Origin: a virus
Taxonomy: Duplodnaviria > Caudoviricetes
Virus record (IMG/VR): IMGVR_UViG_3300019762_000009
Span: 1-56,506 of that record
Reading direction: 5' to 3' (one strand)
Length of the DNA: 56,506 nucleotides
In this document: positions 55,177-56,506 of the stretch, piece by piece
How the letters are laid out: each line of letters begins with the position of its first letter
Position numbering within the stretch: position 1 is the stretch's first letter
Made by a program: the position numbers and the translations under genes
Notes under the pieces: generated by a model
What the model was told of the DNA's origin: nothing
The model's database searches: none
The model's input: the letters and a program-made list of their open reading frames with translations, nothing else

Positions 55177-56148
55177 ATGAGCTTAACTTTCGATTACGGC
55201 AGTTTGGCAAGTTCGGGTACAAACAAGTCCGGTAAACTGATTCGTTGCAAAGACTGCGAAAAAGCCTACCGAAAAGCTTTACACGAACTGGATCAAAACT
55301 TTGCCAAGTATTGCAAAGGCTTGCCGCAACACACACAGATTGACGAACATAAGCCAATGGCTATTTCAGGTCATATCCGTAAGCGGCAAGAAAAGGTCAA
55401 TCATACGCCTTTTGAAACACGTTTCTTGTTCTCAAAAAGCAAGTTTAATAAACGGCCAGTTTCAAAGGACGAAATGAAAATTCGGGCTAATGAGTTCTTG
55501 CAAAGTATCTCATGCCCACGGTGCAGGCACATCTTGCCGGACCGTAGGAACAAAAAGGCGGTGGAGGTTAACCACTACTGCGAAGACTGTTCCAAAATTC
55601 GAGAAGGCATTGAAAGACGCTTTACAAGAGCGTTAAAAAATGCTAGTAATATGTCGAATAAAGAACTGAAACGACTCCGTATGACATACCAGTATGAACT
55701 CGATACTGCACACTGTGAAAATTGTGCAACAAGTCTCAGATTGGTAGCTGTTCCCAAAAGTCCTTTTAAAAGCGTACCTGACCGTATTAAAGTCCGGAAG
55801 CGCAAGAAAAATGGCAAGCTTACAAAGTCCCGATATACTGAAGAATCAGCAAGGGATTACAAAAACGCCTTGACAAAAGCGAAACGTAAGCCTAAAGTGG
55901 AACGTGAAAGGGCCGTTGTTACCAGAACACGGGTAAAAACAAGCAGGGTTTCTGAGGCTAGAAAGGCTGAAGCCAATGCCCGTGAAGTTGCAAAGAACTA
56001 TTTTGCTGACCTCTTAGTTTTTAAGTACTGTACTCCGTACGGAAGTGGTATTGTAAAGGCTTTGAATGAAGTCGAGGCAAAACGTAAGATTTGCCACAAT
56101 CAAGGCTTGACAACCTTTCCACAAGACAGTATATTGGCTCCTGCATAG
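55177..56148 (+). CDS. Highly basic Cys-rich first early protein
   Basis: AGGAG RBS; CKDC, CPRC, CEDC, CENC; very K/R-rich. Confidence 0.85.
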   Translation: MSLTFDYGSLASSGTNKSGKLIRCKDCEKAYRKALHELDQNFAKYCKGLPQHTQIDEHKPMAISGHIRKRQEKVNHTPFETRFLFSKSKFNKRPVSKDEMKIRANEFLQSISCPRCRHILPDRRNKKAVEVNHYCEDCSKIREGIERRFTRALKNASNMSNKELKRLRMTYQYELDTAHCENCATSLRLVAVPKSPFKSVPDRIKVRKRKKNGKLTKSRYTEESARDYKNALTKAKRKPKVERERAVVTRTRVKTSRVSEARKAEANAREVAKNYFADLLVFKYCTPYGSGIVKALNEVEAKRKICHNQGLTTFPQDSILAPA

Positions 56149-56185
56149 CGGGTGCTACTAGCCCCGAAATTTGAGTAGAAAAGTC

Positions 56186-56214
56186 TTGACAAACTTGGAT
56201 ACACATGATTTACT
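56186..56214 (+). promoter_or_regulatory. sigma70 promoter upstream of the large structured RNA
   Basis: TTGACA-17 bp-TTTACT with TGn. Confidence 0.6.
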
Positions 56215-56219
56215 AGAAA

Positions 56220-56506
56220 CATGTAGTGCTTGATAACATGATGCACTGAGTACGCTATCTCGTATCGCTTTAGGCGGGTAGTGTAACAACGCCTCAGCAT
56301 GACACGGGCAAGAATTACATGAGTTGTTTGACATAAGCATTAGTCCCTACGCATGGGGACGGTTTGCAAAGCTTAGTGTGGCAGTCTGTGGTAGACCCAA
56401 AGAGAGAGGCCGTGATGGGACTGGTGGAAGTTCCTGATAGCCTTGGCGCACAACGATAGCGATGCACAAAATGCCGGACAGTACACCTACGAGGGTACTA
56501 CCGTAA
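56220..56506 (+). ncRNA. 5' part of the candidate large structured ncRNA (continues at position 1)
   Basis: Local hairpins plus nested helices pairing with 153-239. Confidence 0.7.

Larger units (their letters stand above)
1..56506. mobile_element. Complete or near-complete lytic dsDNA tailed phage genome (podovirus-like), circularly permuted
   Basis: Full replication and morphogenesis modules in two converging arms; no host housekeeping context. Complementary helices pair the last 130 nt of the window with its first 240 nt, suggesting the ends are contiguous. Confidence 0.92.

Noticed and set aside
56220-56506. Group I/II intron, RNase P, tmRNA or tRNA identity for the large RNA
   Set aside because: No domain V, P7 core, RNase P P4 signature or cloverleaf found, and no interrupted gene flanks it.
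1-56506. Alternative genetic code, diversity-generating retroelement, integrase or DNA-modification cluster
   Set aside because: Core genes are intact in the standard code; no reverse transcriptase, recombinase or base-modification enzyme was recognised.

Overview
The window looks like a complete, circularly permuted ~56.5-kb genome of a lytic dsDNA tailed phage, probably a podovirus. No integrase, repressor, phage RNA polymerase, tRNA, rRNA or CRISPR array was recognised. The + strand carries an early region that starts at tandem sigma70 promoters near 54.77-55.0 kb and wraps through the window junction to about 9.5 kb. A replication/nucleotide module follows: primase, DnaB-like helicase, family A DNA polymerase, SSB-like protein, PD-(D/E)xK nuclease, endonuclease I-like protein, ATP-dependent ligase, lysozyme, DHH phosphoesterase and ThyX. 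The - strand (53.0 to 26.7 kb) carries the morphogenesis genes: foldon-containing fibre, small and large terminase, portal, scaffold, N4-gp56-type capsid, adaptors, tail fibre, ejection proteins, a 2084-aa polyvalent-type protein and a holin. The two arms meet at a bidirectional terminator. The most unusual signals are non-coding. (1) A phased array of at least six Fur-box-like 7-1-7 palindromes lies in the gene-free putative terminal region. (2) An ornate structured RNA candidate of about 800 nt has nested G-U-rich helices that pair across the window junction. (3) A second structured RNA candidate of about 480 nt and two smaller structured elements lie between genes. Protein family calls come from motif recognition by eye, and RNA pairings were found by hand; no database search or folding computation was run.
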